From: an uncultured Phycisphaera sp.
GTDB taxonomy: Bacteria; Planctomycetota; Phycisphaerae; Phycisphaerales; SM1A02
NCBI GenBank assembly: GCA_937919685.1
Contig: CALFOM010000095.1
Coordinates: forward strand, 4,285-68,284
Direction of reading: 5' to 3'
Length of the DNA: 64,000 nucleotides
The notes under the pieces: model-generated
The model's input: only the letters and a program-made list of their open reading frames with translations
What the model was told of the DNA's origin: nothing
The model's database searches: none
Made by a program: the position numbers and the translations under genes
Shown here: positions 55,913-64,000 of the stretch, in pieces
Layout of the letters: every line of letters starts with the position of its first letter
How positions within the stretch are numbered: the stretch's first letter is position 1

Positions 55913-57184
55913 ATGTTCGGACAGATTCACCACGGTTCCGCCGCCCGATGCACGCGATTCGTTCGTCAAGGGGCTTCTTTGGTGATTGCCGCGGGTCTCT
56001 CCGCGGGGCTCTCCGCGGTCATGGGATGCGATCGACCGGTCTCACCGGCGCCGGAGACCACTCCGACCGCACAAGACACGGTTCAGCGCGCCAAGCCTGC
56101 TCGTGAGTCCGGGCCGGAACTTCCCACCGCTCGGACCCTCGCGGATCTACCCCTCGGCTCGACTGGCACCTTGACGGACTCACCGCCGGTTCGGGTGGTC
56201 CCACCGATGCTCGACTTCGGCTTCATCGCCCCTAACCAGGACGCGAACGGGTCGGTCAAGATCTTCAACACCGGCACCGAGCCATTGATGATTCTCGCTG
56301 CCGAACCCTCCTGCAAGTGCACCACATTAAATGACATCTCCGGTACCGTGATTCCTCCTGGCGGAAGCGTCGATCTTGAGGCGAAACTCGATGGCGCATC
56401 GAACACCGGCCCGAAGACTGCGTCGATCAAAGTTCTCTTCGATGGATATTCCGTGGTCCATGTGGTCGATCTGAAGGCGGAGATCGCCCTTCCGATTCGG
56501 GCCATTCCGCCTCATATCAACGCGGTGCGAAATCAGAATCGGCAAGGACGAATCGTGGTCGAGTCGATTGACGGAGAGCCGTTCTCGATCTGTTCGATTC
56601 ACGGTCTTCCGCCCACCTTCCTCGGTTTTGATAAAGCCACCGACACCCCCCGAAGCCAGTACATCCTCACCTACGACCTCGACACGATCCCCACGCCTTA
56701 CCCGCGTTACCTCGTCATCGAGACCGATCGGCCGGACACCCCGATGGTCGACGTCTATCTCCGCCATGAGACGACGCTTCCGAAGCCGAATCGCAATCTA
56801 CGTATGTTCGGCGGATTTCGGTTTCCGCTGGGGTTGATCAAGCAGGGTGGACACGCTGACCTCGAAGTCACCTTTGATACGGTTGCTCAACCGATCGCTA
56901 CGGTGATCAGCGAGACTTCCGACTGTCGAGCCGAACTACTCGGCACCCGGACTGAGGAATCGGATAAGGGACTGATTACGACCCTGATGATTCGCGTGAC
57001 GCCGGCATCAGACTACGTGGGCGTCCTTTATGCCCCGCTGTCGGCCATGACGACCGGTGGTGAGGTCGCCTCGTTCAACGTCTTCGGGATCGTCTCGCCG
57101 GACGGCGAGCCGTGCGTCGGGCCGACGGTCGAACCCGTCTCGCCGGCGACCGCCGGTGAAGCGACCGTGAAACCAGTCGGTTGA
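55913..57184 (+). CDS. DUF1573-domain lipoprotein
   Basis: This is the internal ATG of ORF 55787..57184, preceded by AGGAG. The N-terminus is LVIAAGLSAGLSAVMGC (lipobox). LDFGFIAPNQDANGSVKIFNTGTEPLMILAAEPSCKCT matches the DUF1573 pattern. Confidence 0.75.
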   Translation: MFGQIHHGSAARCTRFVRQGASLVIAAGLSAGLSAVMGCDRPVSPAPETTPTAQDTVQRAKPARESGPELPTARTLADLPLGSTGTLTDSPPVRVVPPMLDFGFIAPNQDANGSVKIFNTGTEPLMILAAEPSCKCTTLNDISGTVIPPGGSVDLEAKLDGASNTGPKTASIKVLFDGYSVVHVVDLKAEIALPIRAIPPHINAVRNQNRQGRIVVESIDGEPFSICSIHGLPPTFLGFDKATDTPRSQYILTYDLDTIPTPYPRYLVIETDRPDTPMVDVYLRHETTLPKPNRNLRMFGGFRFPLGLIKQGGHADLEVTFDTVAQPIATVISETSDCRAELLGTRTEESDKGLITTLMIRVTPASDYVGVLYAPLSAMTTGGEVASFNVFGIVSPDGEPCVGPTVEPVSPATAGEATVKPVG

Positions 57185-57222
57185 TCTTCTGATTTGACCG
57201 CGACTCGCTCGAAGGAAATTCC

Positions 57223-57260
57223 AGGACCGTTCGCATTTGAATGCGAACGGTCCTTTTCTT
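57223..57260 (+). terminator. rho-independent terminator between convergent genes
   Basis: Perfect 14-bp stem AGGACCGTTCGCAT/ATGCGAACGGTCCT with loop TTGA, followed by TTTCTT. Confidence 0.8.
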
Positions 57261-57299
57261 CGTGCTTCTTTTCCGCCGGTCCGAACCGAACCACGGTGA

Positions 57300-58169
57300 T
57301 CAGAAGCCGAGCGGATTGAGCATGCGGAAGCCGGCGACGAGGAGCAAGGCGATGAAACAGATTCGAATCGTCATGAGCGGAAGCCGATGAACCAGTCTGG
57401 CGCCGATCCAACTTCCGAGAATCGCGGTTGGCACGATGGCCAAGGCGATTCCGATCGACTGGGTCGCCGAGAGTGAAGCACCGTCGGGACCCGAGAGCTC
57501 ACTCAAAGTGAGGTTTTTGTAGATGGCTCCGATCATCGCCATCGGAATGGTGACCGCGGCGGCAATCGCGATCGAATTTCGAAGCGGGAGTCGCGCGGCG
57601 AAGCGAAGTCCGGGGACCGCGATCGTTCCACCTCCGATACCAAGCAATCCGCCTAGGAATCCCATCACGCCGCCGATGCCGGCGAGAATCGGAAGCGACG
57701 TTCTTGGCTCGCCGGCGTCGCCTTCGGCCGACGTCGAATTCCGCTTGGTTGCTTCTCGTCGCAACTTCCCGTTCCGCCATATCCGAAACGTCTCGGTTGC
57801 GGCGAGCAGCAGGAGAAGCCCCCCGAAAAGGCGTTCGAGGATGGTTGCGTCGAGTTGATTGCTGGCACCGACCCCCAACAGAACGAAGAGGACCGCTGCC
57901 GGAACGACTCTTCGGACGAGACGAAAGTCGATGGCACCGGCGCGATGGTGGGCAAGCGTGGCAGTTCCTGAAACGAAGACGTTCAGAATCATGGCCGCGG
58001 CCTGATAGATCTGTTGGTCCGGCGCGATGATGAGCGAAGCTGCTGGAATAAAGACGGTCGATCCGCCGATGCCCAGAAGCCCGCCGATCAGCCCGGCGAT
58101 CAGTCCGATGCCGGCGAATGATGCCATCTCAAGAAGGGCCATCGCAGGAGTGTACGCCGACTGATGCAT
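57300..58169 (-). CDS. TauE/SafE-family sulfite/anion exporter
   Basis: ORF 57300..58238, ATG at 58169 (alternative at 58142). Repeated GxxGGLLGIGGG motifs (GLIGGLLGIGGS; GFLGGLLGIGGGT) and about 8 TM helices. Confidence 0.8.
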   Translation of the reverse strand: MHQSAYTPAMALLEMASFAGIGLIAGLIGGLLGIGGSTVFIPAASLIIAPDQQIYQAAAMILNVFVSGTATLAHHRAGAIDFRLVRRVVPAAVLFVLLGVGASNQLDATILERLFGGLLLLLAATETFRIWRNGKLRREATKRNSTSAEGDAGEPRTSLPILAGIGGVMGFLGGLLGIGGGTIAVPGLRFAARLPLRNSIAIAAAVTIPMAMIGAIYKNLTLSELSGPDGASLSATQSIGIALAIVPTAILGSWIGARLVHRLPLMTIRICFIALLLVAGFRMLNPLGF

Positions 58170-58342
58170 CGGGTCGTAACGATCACGCGGAGTAGGAGGG
58201 CCTGAATGAGGAAGAGATCGCCAATCGAGGGAGATCAAGTTGCTCCCGGCCAGACCTCAGCCACTCTGGAGGTTCGCAAGGCTCGGGATTACTCGGGCGC
58301 GAGCCAACCTGCTGCTGACGGAAACGTCGGGAAGAATCCAAC

Positions 58343-58855
58343 ATGCGAAGATCCGGGTCCATCACGACGTTTCTAGGTGCGGTTTTGCTCATCGCGACCT
58401 CCATGCTTCGAGGCAGTGGTATCAAACCCGTCGCGGCGGCGACCGTCGTCCCGCTCGCGGATACCACCCTCACGCCTCGATTCCATGACGGAAGGCCGAT
58501 CCTTCCGGTGAAATCACTCCGGATGCGGGTGACCGCGTACAGCCCCGATTATCGATCGTGCGGTGATCAGGCCGATGGGATCACCGCCAGTGGTTACTCG
58601 GTGCACACCAATGGTGGCCGACTCGTGGCCGCGGATCGTCGATTATTCAAATTCGGCGAGCTCGTATCCATTCCGGGCTACGCCGCCGAGCATGTCGTTC
58701 CAGTGCTGGATCGCGGCGGCGCGATCAAAGGCGATCGAATCGACGTCCTCTACCCGACTCATGAGAGAGCGATGCAGTGGGGGGTCAAGTATCTCGTCGT
58801 GACGGTCTGGGCGTACGCCGATGGCGAACCGATCGGATTCAAGCGACCTCGATGA
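58343..58855 (+). CDS. 3D-domain (MltA/RlpA-like double-psi beta-barrel) secreted protein
   Basis: It has a signal anchor, then RMRVTAYSPDYRSCGDQADGITASGYSV...VAADRRLFKFGELVSIPGY...VLDRGGAIKGDRIDVLY. Confidence 0.8.
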   Translation: MRRSGSITTFLGAVLLIATSMLRGSGIKPVAAATVVPLADTTLTPRFHDGRPILPVKSLRMRVTAYSPDYRSCGDQADGITASGYSVHTNGGRLVAADRRLFKFGELVSIPGYAAEHVVPVLDRGGAIKGDRIDVLYPTHERAMQWGVKYLVVTVWAYADGEPIGFKRPR

Positions 58856-58921
58856 ATCATCACTCGAGGCGGTGAGACGGGGTGCTGGCGTTTCCGCCCG
58901 CTTCAGAGAACGAGCCGTTTT

Positions 58922-60454
58922 GTGGCCTACCCTCCGTTGGTGATCAGTCGTGTTTCGAGTTTCGTCCTCCAAGGCGGCCGCGCCGAATCTTGTCACATCG
59001 AAGTCGATCTCTCCGGTCATGGACTTCCGACGATGGGAATCGTGGGCCTGCCCGACGCCGCGGTTCGGGAGTCGGCCGAGCGGGTTCGAACCGCGGTTCG
59101 GAACGCAGGATTCACCTGGCCCAGATCCCGACTGACCGTCAACTTGGCTCCTGCGGATCTTCGGAAGGAAGGACCGGTGTACGACCTGCCGATCGCGGCG
59201 GGTGTTCTCGCGTGTTCCGGAGGAATCCGGTCGGAGGCGGACGGTGGTCGGAGAATCGAATCGTGGCCGATGGCCGGCGAGCTCGCCCTCGATGGATCGG
59301 TCCGGCCGATCAAGGGCATCGTGGCGCTCGCCGAGTTGGCGGCTCGAACCGGTGCAGAGGGATTGATCGTCGCCGCGGCGTCGGTTGAGGAAGTACGGCT
59401 CGTCTCGGATCTGCCGGTCATCGGCATCGAACATCTCCGAGACCTTGCGAAGTTTCTCGACGGCGAGGAACCGATGAAAGCGATCCACCATGAATCGGCG
59501 GCTTTCTCGCCGGTCGCGTTGCCGTCGATCACCGTGGACCTTGCCGAGATTCGGGGTCAATCCAACGCCAAGCGGGCGATGGAGATCGCAGCGGTGGGCC
59601 GTCACAACGTGCTGTTGATCGGCCCGCCTGGTTGCGGAAAAACGATGTTGGCGCGAGCATTGGCTGATCTTCTTCCGCCACTGGAGCGCGCGGAGGCGAT
59701 CGAGCGTCAGACGATTCGCGCCGCTGCGGGATTACCGTTCGAGGTTGAGGGGTTCCATCGGCCGCCATTCCGATCACCCCACCACACCTGCAGTCCGGCA
59801 GCCTTGGTCGGCGGTGGTTCGTCGCCTCGCCCGGGCGAGGTGAGTCTCGCCCACCATGGCGTCCTGATGTTGGACGAACTTCCGGAGTTCTCCAAGGCAT
59901 CGATCGATGCGCTTCGAGAACCGCTCGAGGACGGCGTGGTGACCATTTCTCGAGTGGCGGGTTGCACGCGTTTTCCTGCTCGCTCGATCGTGGTCGGCGC
60001 CATGAACGCCACCAGAGAAGGTGGAGGGATACCTGGGGGTGCCGGGGCCGCGGAGCGTCGATATCTCGGCCGTATCGGCGGACCGATCCTCGATCGATTC
60101 GATCTTCATGTGCCGATGACGCCGTTGCCGATCCGCAGGTTTCTCGAGGGTCCGGACGGTGTCACGACCGCCGTGGTCCGCGAGCGGGTCTGTCTCGCAC
60201 GGGCCTTCGGTGCCCGGCGAGGGTCAGGTCCGAACGCCAGTCTCGCCGGAGCAGCGTTGAAGCAGGCTTGCGGAATGTCGGCGGAAGTCCTCGAGAATCT
60301 TGTTTCGATCGTTGAGGAGCTGGGTCTGAGTGCACGGGCGTTCGACCGAATTCGGCGGCTTTCGCGATCGATCGCCGATCTCGAAGAAACAGCCGTCGTT
60401 GAACCCCACCATCTCATTGAGGCAGTCTCGTTTCGAGTATTGGATCGAGTCTGA
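58922..60454 (+). CDS. comM: YifB/ComM-family Mg-chelatase-like AAA+ ATPase
   Basis: GLPTMGIVGLPDAAVRESAERVRTAV, Walker A LLIGPPGCGKTM, GVLMLDELPEF, and a C-terminal Mg_chelatase_C domain. The GTG start is uncertain (58922 or 58940). Confidence 0.9.
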   Translation: MAYPPLVISRVSSFVLQGGRAESCHIEVDLSGHGLPTMGIVGLPDAAVRESAERVRTAVRNAGFTWPRSRLTVNLAPADLRKEGPVYDLPIAAGVLACSGGIRSEADGGRRIESWPMAGELALDGSVRPIKGIVALAELAARTGAEGLIVAAASVEEVRLVSDLPVIGIEHLRDLAKFLDGEEPMKAIHHESAAFSPVALPSITVDLAEIRGQSNAKRAMEIAAVGRHNVLLIGPPGCGKTMLARALADLLPPLERAEAIERQTIRAAAGLPFEVEGFHRPPFRSPHHTCSPAALVGGGSSPRPGEVSLAHHGVLMLDELPEFSKASIDALREPLEDGVVTISRVAGCTRFPARSIVVGAMNATREGGGIPGGAGAAERRYLGRIGGPILDRFDLHVPMTPLPIRRFLEGPDGVTTAVVRERVCLARAFGARRGSGPNASLAGAALKQACGMSAEVLENLVSIVEELGLSARAFDRIRRLSRSIADLEETAVVEPHHLIEAVSFRVLDRV

Positions 60455-60530
60455 CGTTTCCGAGTCGAGGGTCGTTCTCGATCGGCGACCACCGACATCT
60501 GCGAATCGCGGTGCGTATGCTCCGTGTCCC

Positions 60531-62129
60531 ATGATGGATCGCCGATCAACCTCGCCTCCGGACCTCCAGTCAGACGGGTCGGGGATCCGTGAAGTATGGG
60601 CACAGGCCTGGCCGACGGTCGTGACCATGACGAGTTACACGGTCATGGGTTTCATCGATGCAGTGATGGTCGCTCGGATCGGACCGTTGGAGGTTGCGGC
60701 GCAGGGAAACGGCGGCATCTGGTCCTTCAATCCCATCGCCTTTGTGTTCGGTGTGCTCACGGTAGTGAATACCTTCGTCGCGCAGAACGTCGGCGCCGGT
60801 CATCGAGATCGCACTGCGAAGTACGCATGGGCTGGAATCTGGCTCTCAGTCGCGGCATGGCTCTTTCTGCTCCTTCCGTGGGCGCTGCTGTTACCGGTGG
60901 GGTTCAAGGCCGCGGGCCACTCGCCCAAGTTGATCGAACTTGAGTCGAATTACGCGCAGATTCTCCTTGTGGGTGGCGTGCTCCTGGTCACCGGCAAGGC
61001 GCTGAGCCATTGGTTCTTCGGATATCAGCGGCCGGGAGTGATCACGACCTCCGCGATCCTCGCGAACATCGTCAACATCGTTGCGAATGCGATTCTGATC
61101 TTTGGAGAAGCCGGAATTCCCGAACTGGGCATTCCAGGAATCCCCGGAACGCCTGCGCTCGGCCTCGCCGGCGCGGCGATCGGAACGGTCATCGGAACCG
61201 CCGTCGAGGTGCTGGTCCCATTGGTCGTGTTCCTCGGGCCGGGCCTCGCCCGTGAAGTCGACAGTCGTGCCAACTGGCGTCCGGATCTCGGGGCCATGCG
61301 AGATCTTCTACGACTCGGCTGGCCCTCGGCGGTGCAGTTTGGAAACGAGATGATCTGCTGGGCGATCTTCGTCACGGTTCTCATTGGGCGTTTCGGTACC
61401 GATCACCTCACGGCGGCATGGGCAGTCATTCGTTACATGCATCTGAGTTTCATGCCGGCGGTCGGATTTTCGGTGGCCACCACCTCGCTGGTCGGCAAGT
61501 GGATCGGGGCGGGGCGTCCGGATTTGGCGGTCAACCGGGCGAGGATCGCATTGGGGCTCGCAGTCGGATACATGTCCGTCTGCGCCATCGGCTTCCTCAT
61601 TTTTCGAGGATCGTTGGTGGGCGTATTCGTAGACGGCGACGTCACGGAGGAATCAAAAGCCGCGATCCTCTCGATCGGCGCCACGATGCTGATCTGGGCG
61701 GCCGTCTTCCAGACCATGGATGCCGTCGGCATCGTCTATTCAGGTGCCCTTCGCGGCGCTGGCGATACGGTCTGGCCGGGCGTGGTTACCGCGATTCTCG
61801 GATGGACGCTCCTGGTCGGGCTCGGGGCGGCGATGGTCGAGTTCTTTCCGGGTCTTTCGTCGATGGGCCCATGGATCGGTGCCACGGCCTACATCCTCGT
61901 CTACGGGGTGGTGATGGGGGTGAGATTCGAGCGGGGGCGGTGGCGACAGATCCGGCTGGTCACCGAAGATCGCCCCAAAATCGCGGTTCACCTTCCTTTG
62001 GGGCCTGCCGCACCCGCCATGGATGCCGCCTCTTCCTATCGAGACATCATCGATGATTCGATTGGCCAGTCGTCCCGAGGCGTCAAGCCGGGAATCGCTG
62101 AGGTTGAGCGGAATCGGCGGGGCGAGTAG
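60531..62129 (+). CDS. MATE-family efflux transporter
   Basis: This is the internal ATG of ORF 60330..62129. The start is MMDRRSTSPP...IREVWAQAWPTVVTMTSYTVMGFIDAVMVARIGPLEVAA, the MATE N-terminal signature. It has 12 hydrophobic helices and GALRGAGDT. Confidence 0.85.
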   Translation: MMDRRSTSPPDLQSDGSGIREVWAQAWPTVVTMTSYTVMGFIDAVMVARIGPLEVAAQGNGGIWSFNPIAFVFGVLTVVNTFVAQNVGAGHRDRTAKYAWAGIWLSVAAWLFLLLPWALLLPVGFKAAGHSPKLIELESNYAQILLVGGVLLVTGKALSHWFFGYQRPGVITTSAILANIVNIVANAILIFGEAGIPELGIPGIPGTPALGLAGAAIGTVIGTAVEVLVPLVVFLGPGLAREVDSRANWRPDLGAMRDLLRLGWPSAVQFGNEMICWAIFVTVLIGRFGTDHLTAAWAVIRYMHLSFMPAVGFSVATTSLVGKWIGAGRPDLAVNRARIALGLAVGYMSVCAIGFLIFRGSLVGVFVDGDVTEESKAAILSIGATMLIWAAVFQTMDAVGIVYSGALRGAGDTVWPGVVTAILGWTLLVGLGAAMVEFFPGLSSMGPWIGATAYILVYGVVMGVRFERGRWRQIRLVTEDRPKIAVHLPLGPAAPAMDAASSYRDIIDDSIGQSSRGVKPGIAEVERNRRGE

Positions 62130-62181
62130 AATCCGGGACTCGCCGGTTCGCGAGACCTTTTTTCACCGGAGATTCCAGATC

Positions 62182-63102
62182 ATGCCCGAAGGACTCGACA
62201 CCGTCATCGGAGGCAGCGCGATTGACGAAGCGCGGGCCGACGCGGTCTTTAAGCAGGGACTCGACTACGAGGCCCAAGGTGACCGAACCAGCGCGATCGC
62301 CGCTTTTCGCGAAGCGGTGTCCCATGGCAAGAAGTCACAGCACCTCCATCGACTTGCCTACCTTCTCGATCTGGTCGGCGAGGAGGATGAAGCAGTGCAG
62401 ATGTACGAAACGGCTCGAGATTCGGGGCCGCCGCGACTGCAGAGCCTGATCAACCTCGCGATCCTCTATGAGGATCGGTGTGAGTTCAGCAAGGCGGAGT
62501 ACATCCTGAACCAAGTGATCGAGAGCGAGCCCAACGAGCCACGGGCGCGGTTGTTCCTCAAGGATGTCCAGGCATCCCGAGGGATGTACTACGACGATGA
62601 TGCCGATCGCTCCTCGACTCGCCACGACGCGATTCTTGACATCCCCGTCACGGATTTCGAACTCTCCGTCCGAGCCCGGAACTGCCTCAAGAAGATGCAG
62701 ATTCGAACGCTCCGCGATCTGGTCCGGGTCGGCGAGTCGGAACTGAACAGTTACAAGAACGTTGGCGACACCACGGTCACCGAGATCAAGCAGATGCTCG
62801 CGAGCAAGGGGCTTCGGCTCGGCCAAGATACCGCCGGTGGTCCGCGACTTCGGCCCGAGGACATCGAGGAACTTCATAGCCGCGGGATCACCGATCAGAT
62901 CCTCAACAAGCCGATCTCGGTCCTTGACCTCTCGGTCAGAGCGAGAAAGGCACTCCAGATGCTCGGCGTTCTTTCGCTCGGCGAACTGGCGGCAAGAACC
63001 GAGGCGGAATTGCTCGGCGTCAAGAATTTCGGTCAGACCAGTCTGGACGAAATCAAGGAACGGCTCGTCGACCACGAACTCTCGCTGAAGACGCTCGAGT
63101 GA
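62182..63102 (+). CDS. TPR domain fused to two RNA-polymerase alpha-subunit C-terminal-domain (alpha-CTD) repeats
   Basis: This is the internal ATG of ORF 62023..63102. The N-terminus is TPR-like. Two copies of the alpha-CTD HhH pattern follow: ILDIPVTDFELSVRARNCLKKMQIRTLRDLV...ELNSYKNVGDTTVTEIKQMLASKGLRLG, and PISVLDLSVRARKALQMLGVLSLGELA...ELLGVKNFGQTSLDEIKERL. Confidence 0.75.
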   Translation: MPEGLDTVIGGSAIDEARADAVFKQGLDYEAQGDRTSAIAAFREAVSHGKKSQHLHRLAYLLDLVGEEDEAVQMYETARDSGPPRLQSLINLAILYEDRCEFSKAEYILNQVIESEPNEPRARLFLKDVQASRGMYYDDDADRSSTRHDAILDIPVTDFELSVRARNCLKKMQIRTLRDLVRVGESELNSYKNVGDTTVTEIKQMLASKGLRLGQDTAGGPRLRPEDIEELHSRGITDQILNKPISVLDLSVRARKALQMLGVLSLGELAARTEAELLGVKNFGQTSLDEIKERLVDHELSLKTLE

Positions 63103-63150
63103 GCCCATCGGCCCCCCCCTTGCGGGAGCCGATCGATCGATGTTCATCCA

Positions 63151-63184
63151 CCGCCCGCCCCGAGAGGGGTGGGCGGTTTTCGCT
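63151..63184 (+). terminator. rho-independent terminator
   Basis: 11-bp stem CCGCCCGCCCC/GGGGTGGGCGG (one G-U pair) with loop GAGA, followed by TTTTCGCTT. Confidence 0.8.
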
Positions 63185-63271
63185 TGGCACCGCTTCGAGG
63201 CGTACACTGAGATCGGTGGAATCCGGGCAAGATGCCACTTTTGCGGTGAGCGGGCCGGGTAGAGGACTCTA

Positions 63272-64000
63272 TTGACTCAGGCTTCATTCCAGAACGACGG
63301 ATTCCCGGTTCCAGCGGCTCACATCAGCCGTCGATCAGCGTTCTTCGCGCTGGCATTGCCGGCGATGATCCCGTTGGCCTGTTCTCGGTACGAAGTTGGC
63401 AACAATGAAGTGACCACGACGGCGCCCGTGGCGGCATCCCCGATGAGGGAGCTCCCGCGGGATCTTCGGCCATTTCCACCGATCTCCGAGCCGCTGGTTC
63501 GAATCAAGGTCGCCGATGTCCGTCGATCGGAAGTCGAATTTGGAGGGGTGGGGCAGCGGCTCTGGATCACTGCTCCTGGAACCGACGTCCCGGGAAGGGC
63601 ATGTCGGGGTCCGGTGCGTATGCGTCGAACGCAGGCGGGGTGGTCGGTTCGATGGTCGTCGGGGGGGCGTGGCGGAGCCGCAACGTTCAAGACGACCGGG
63701 TCGATCGCGATGGCGACGATGGATCGAAAAGATTCGGGAATCGAATTCGAAGGCCGTCGGTTGTTGGGCACCATTTTCGTCGAGCCGATCCGCGATACCG
63801 AGGGTCGAACCGAGTACGACGTGATCTGCCATCTCCCTATGGAGTCGTACCTTCCCGGTGTGTTGGAAAAAGAACTGTTTCCGTCCTGGCGCCCAGCGAC
63901 GTTCGAGGCCCAAGCGATCGCGGCGCGGTCCTTCGCGGTCTGCGAGCGAGCCTTCTGGATCCGCCGTCGACACTATGACCTCGTCGCCGGTCAGGCGAGC
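63272..64000 (+). CDS. SpoIID/LytB-domain protein, 3' end cut by the window edge
   Basis: Frame 2 is open from the stop at 63260 to the window end and is not in the ORF track. The TTG at 63272 (or ATG at 63365) precedes ISRRSAFFALALPAMIPLAC, a Tat-like RR plus lipobox. LPMESYLPGVLEKELFPSWRPATFEAQAIAARSFAV is the SpoIID signature. Confidence 0.75.
   Translation, partial: MTQASFQNDGFPVPAAHISRRSAFFALALPAMIPLACSRYEVGNNEVTTTAPVAASPMRELPRDLRPFPPISEPLVRIKVADVRRSEVEFGGVGQRLWITAPGTDVPGRACRGPVRMRRTQAGWSVRWSSGGRGGAATFKTTGSIAMATMDRKDSGIEFEGRRLLGTIFVEPIRDTEGRTEYDVICHLPMESYLPGVLEKELFPSWRPATFEAQAIAARSFAVCERAFWIRRRHYDLVAGQAS

Overview
The window is GC-rich with no rRNA, tRNA, CRISPR array, transposase or integrase that I can support. 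It reads as core chromosome. The family mix suggests a Planctomycetota-type organism (inference only): DUF1570-like and DUF1573 proteins, dockerin-like DxNGDG repeats, LpxI, stand-alone RNA polymerase alpha-CTD repeats, and many lipobox or signal-peptide proteins. About 50 protein genes are supportable. Housekeeping genes are nadB, clpC, gyrA, surE, nusA-infB-rbfA, a YebC-family regulator, comM, an RluA-family synthase and a TlyA-like methyltransferase. Envelope genes are lpxI, a GT4 WecA/MraY-type transferase, an O-antigen-ligase-like protein, a GT2, a DsbD-like protein, a TolB-like protein, a SpoIID-like protein and a 3D-domain protein. Transport genes are a Lol/MacB-type ABC pair, two tandem MFS paralogs, MATE, TauE and ExbD/TonB-like proteins. 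There is also an isolated fliM. Many adjacent genes share 1-8 nt stop/start overlaps (ATGA, GTGA, TTGA), which defines several translationally coupled operons. The strongest candidate for something undescribed is the minus-strand operon at 17760-24018. Its Lol/MacB-type ABC ATPase carries a roughly 70-aa double hydrophobic insertion inside an otherwise intact nucleotide-binding domain. Its FtsX-type permease carries a matching extra hydrophobic hairpin. Both are coupled to two paralogous DHA2-type MFS transporters. Other points worth a second look: a STAS anti-sigma-antagonist gene coupled to exbD with no exbB nearby; a 9-codon uORF with a strong SD whose stop overlaps the SD-less nusA start; an EndoIII-like/H1-like-tail protein and an 1182-aa TPR lipoprotein where truB normally follows rbfA; a TPR plus 2x alpha-CTD protein; a GH94-like giant protein next to a Gfo/Idh/MocA oxidoreductase; and a decayed dockerin-repeat locus with an orphan intrinsic terminator. 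All functional calls come from motif recognition by eye on the supplied translations. No database search was run.
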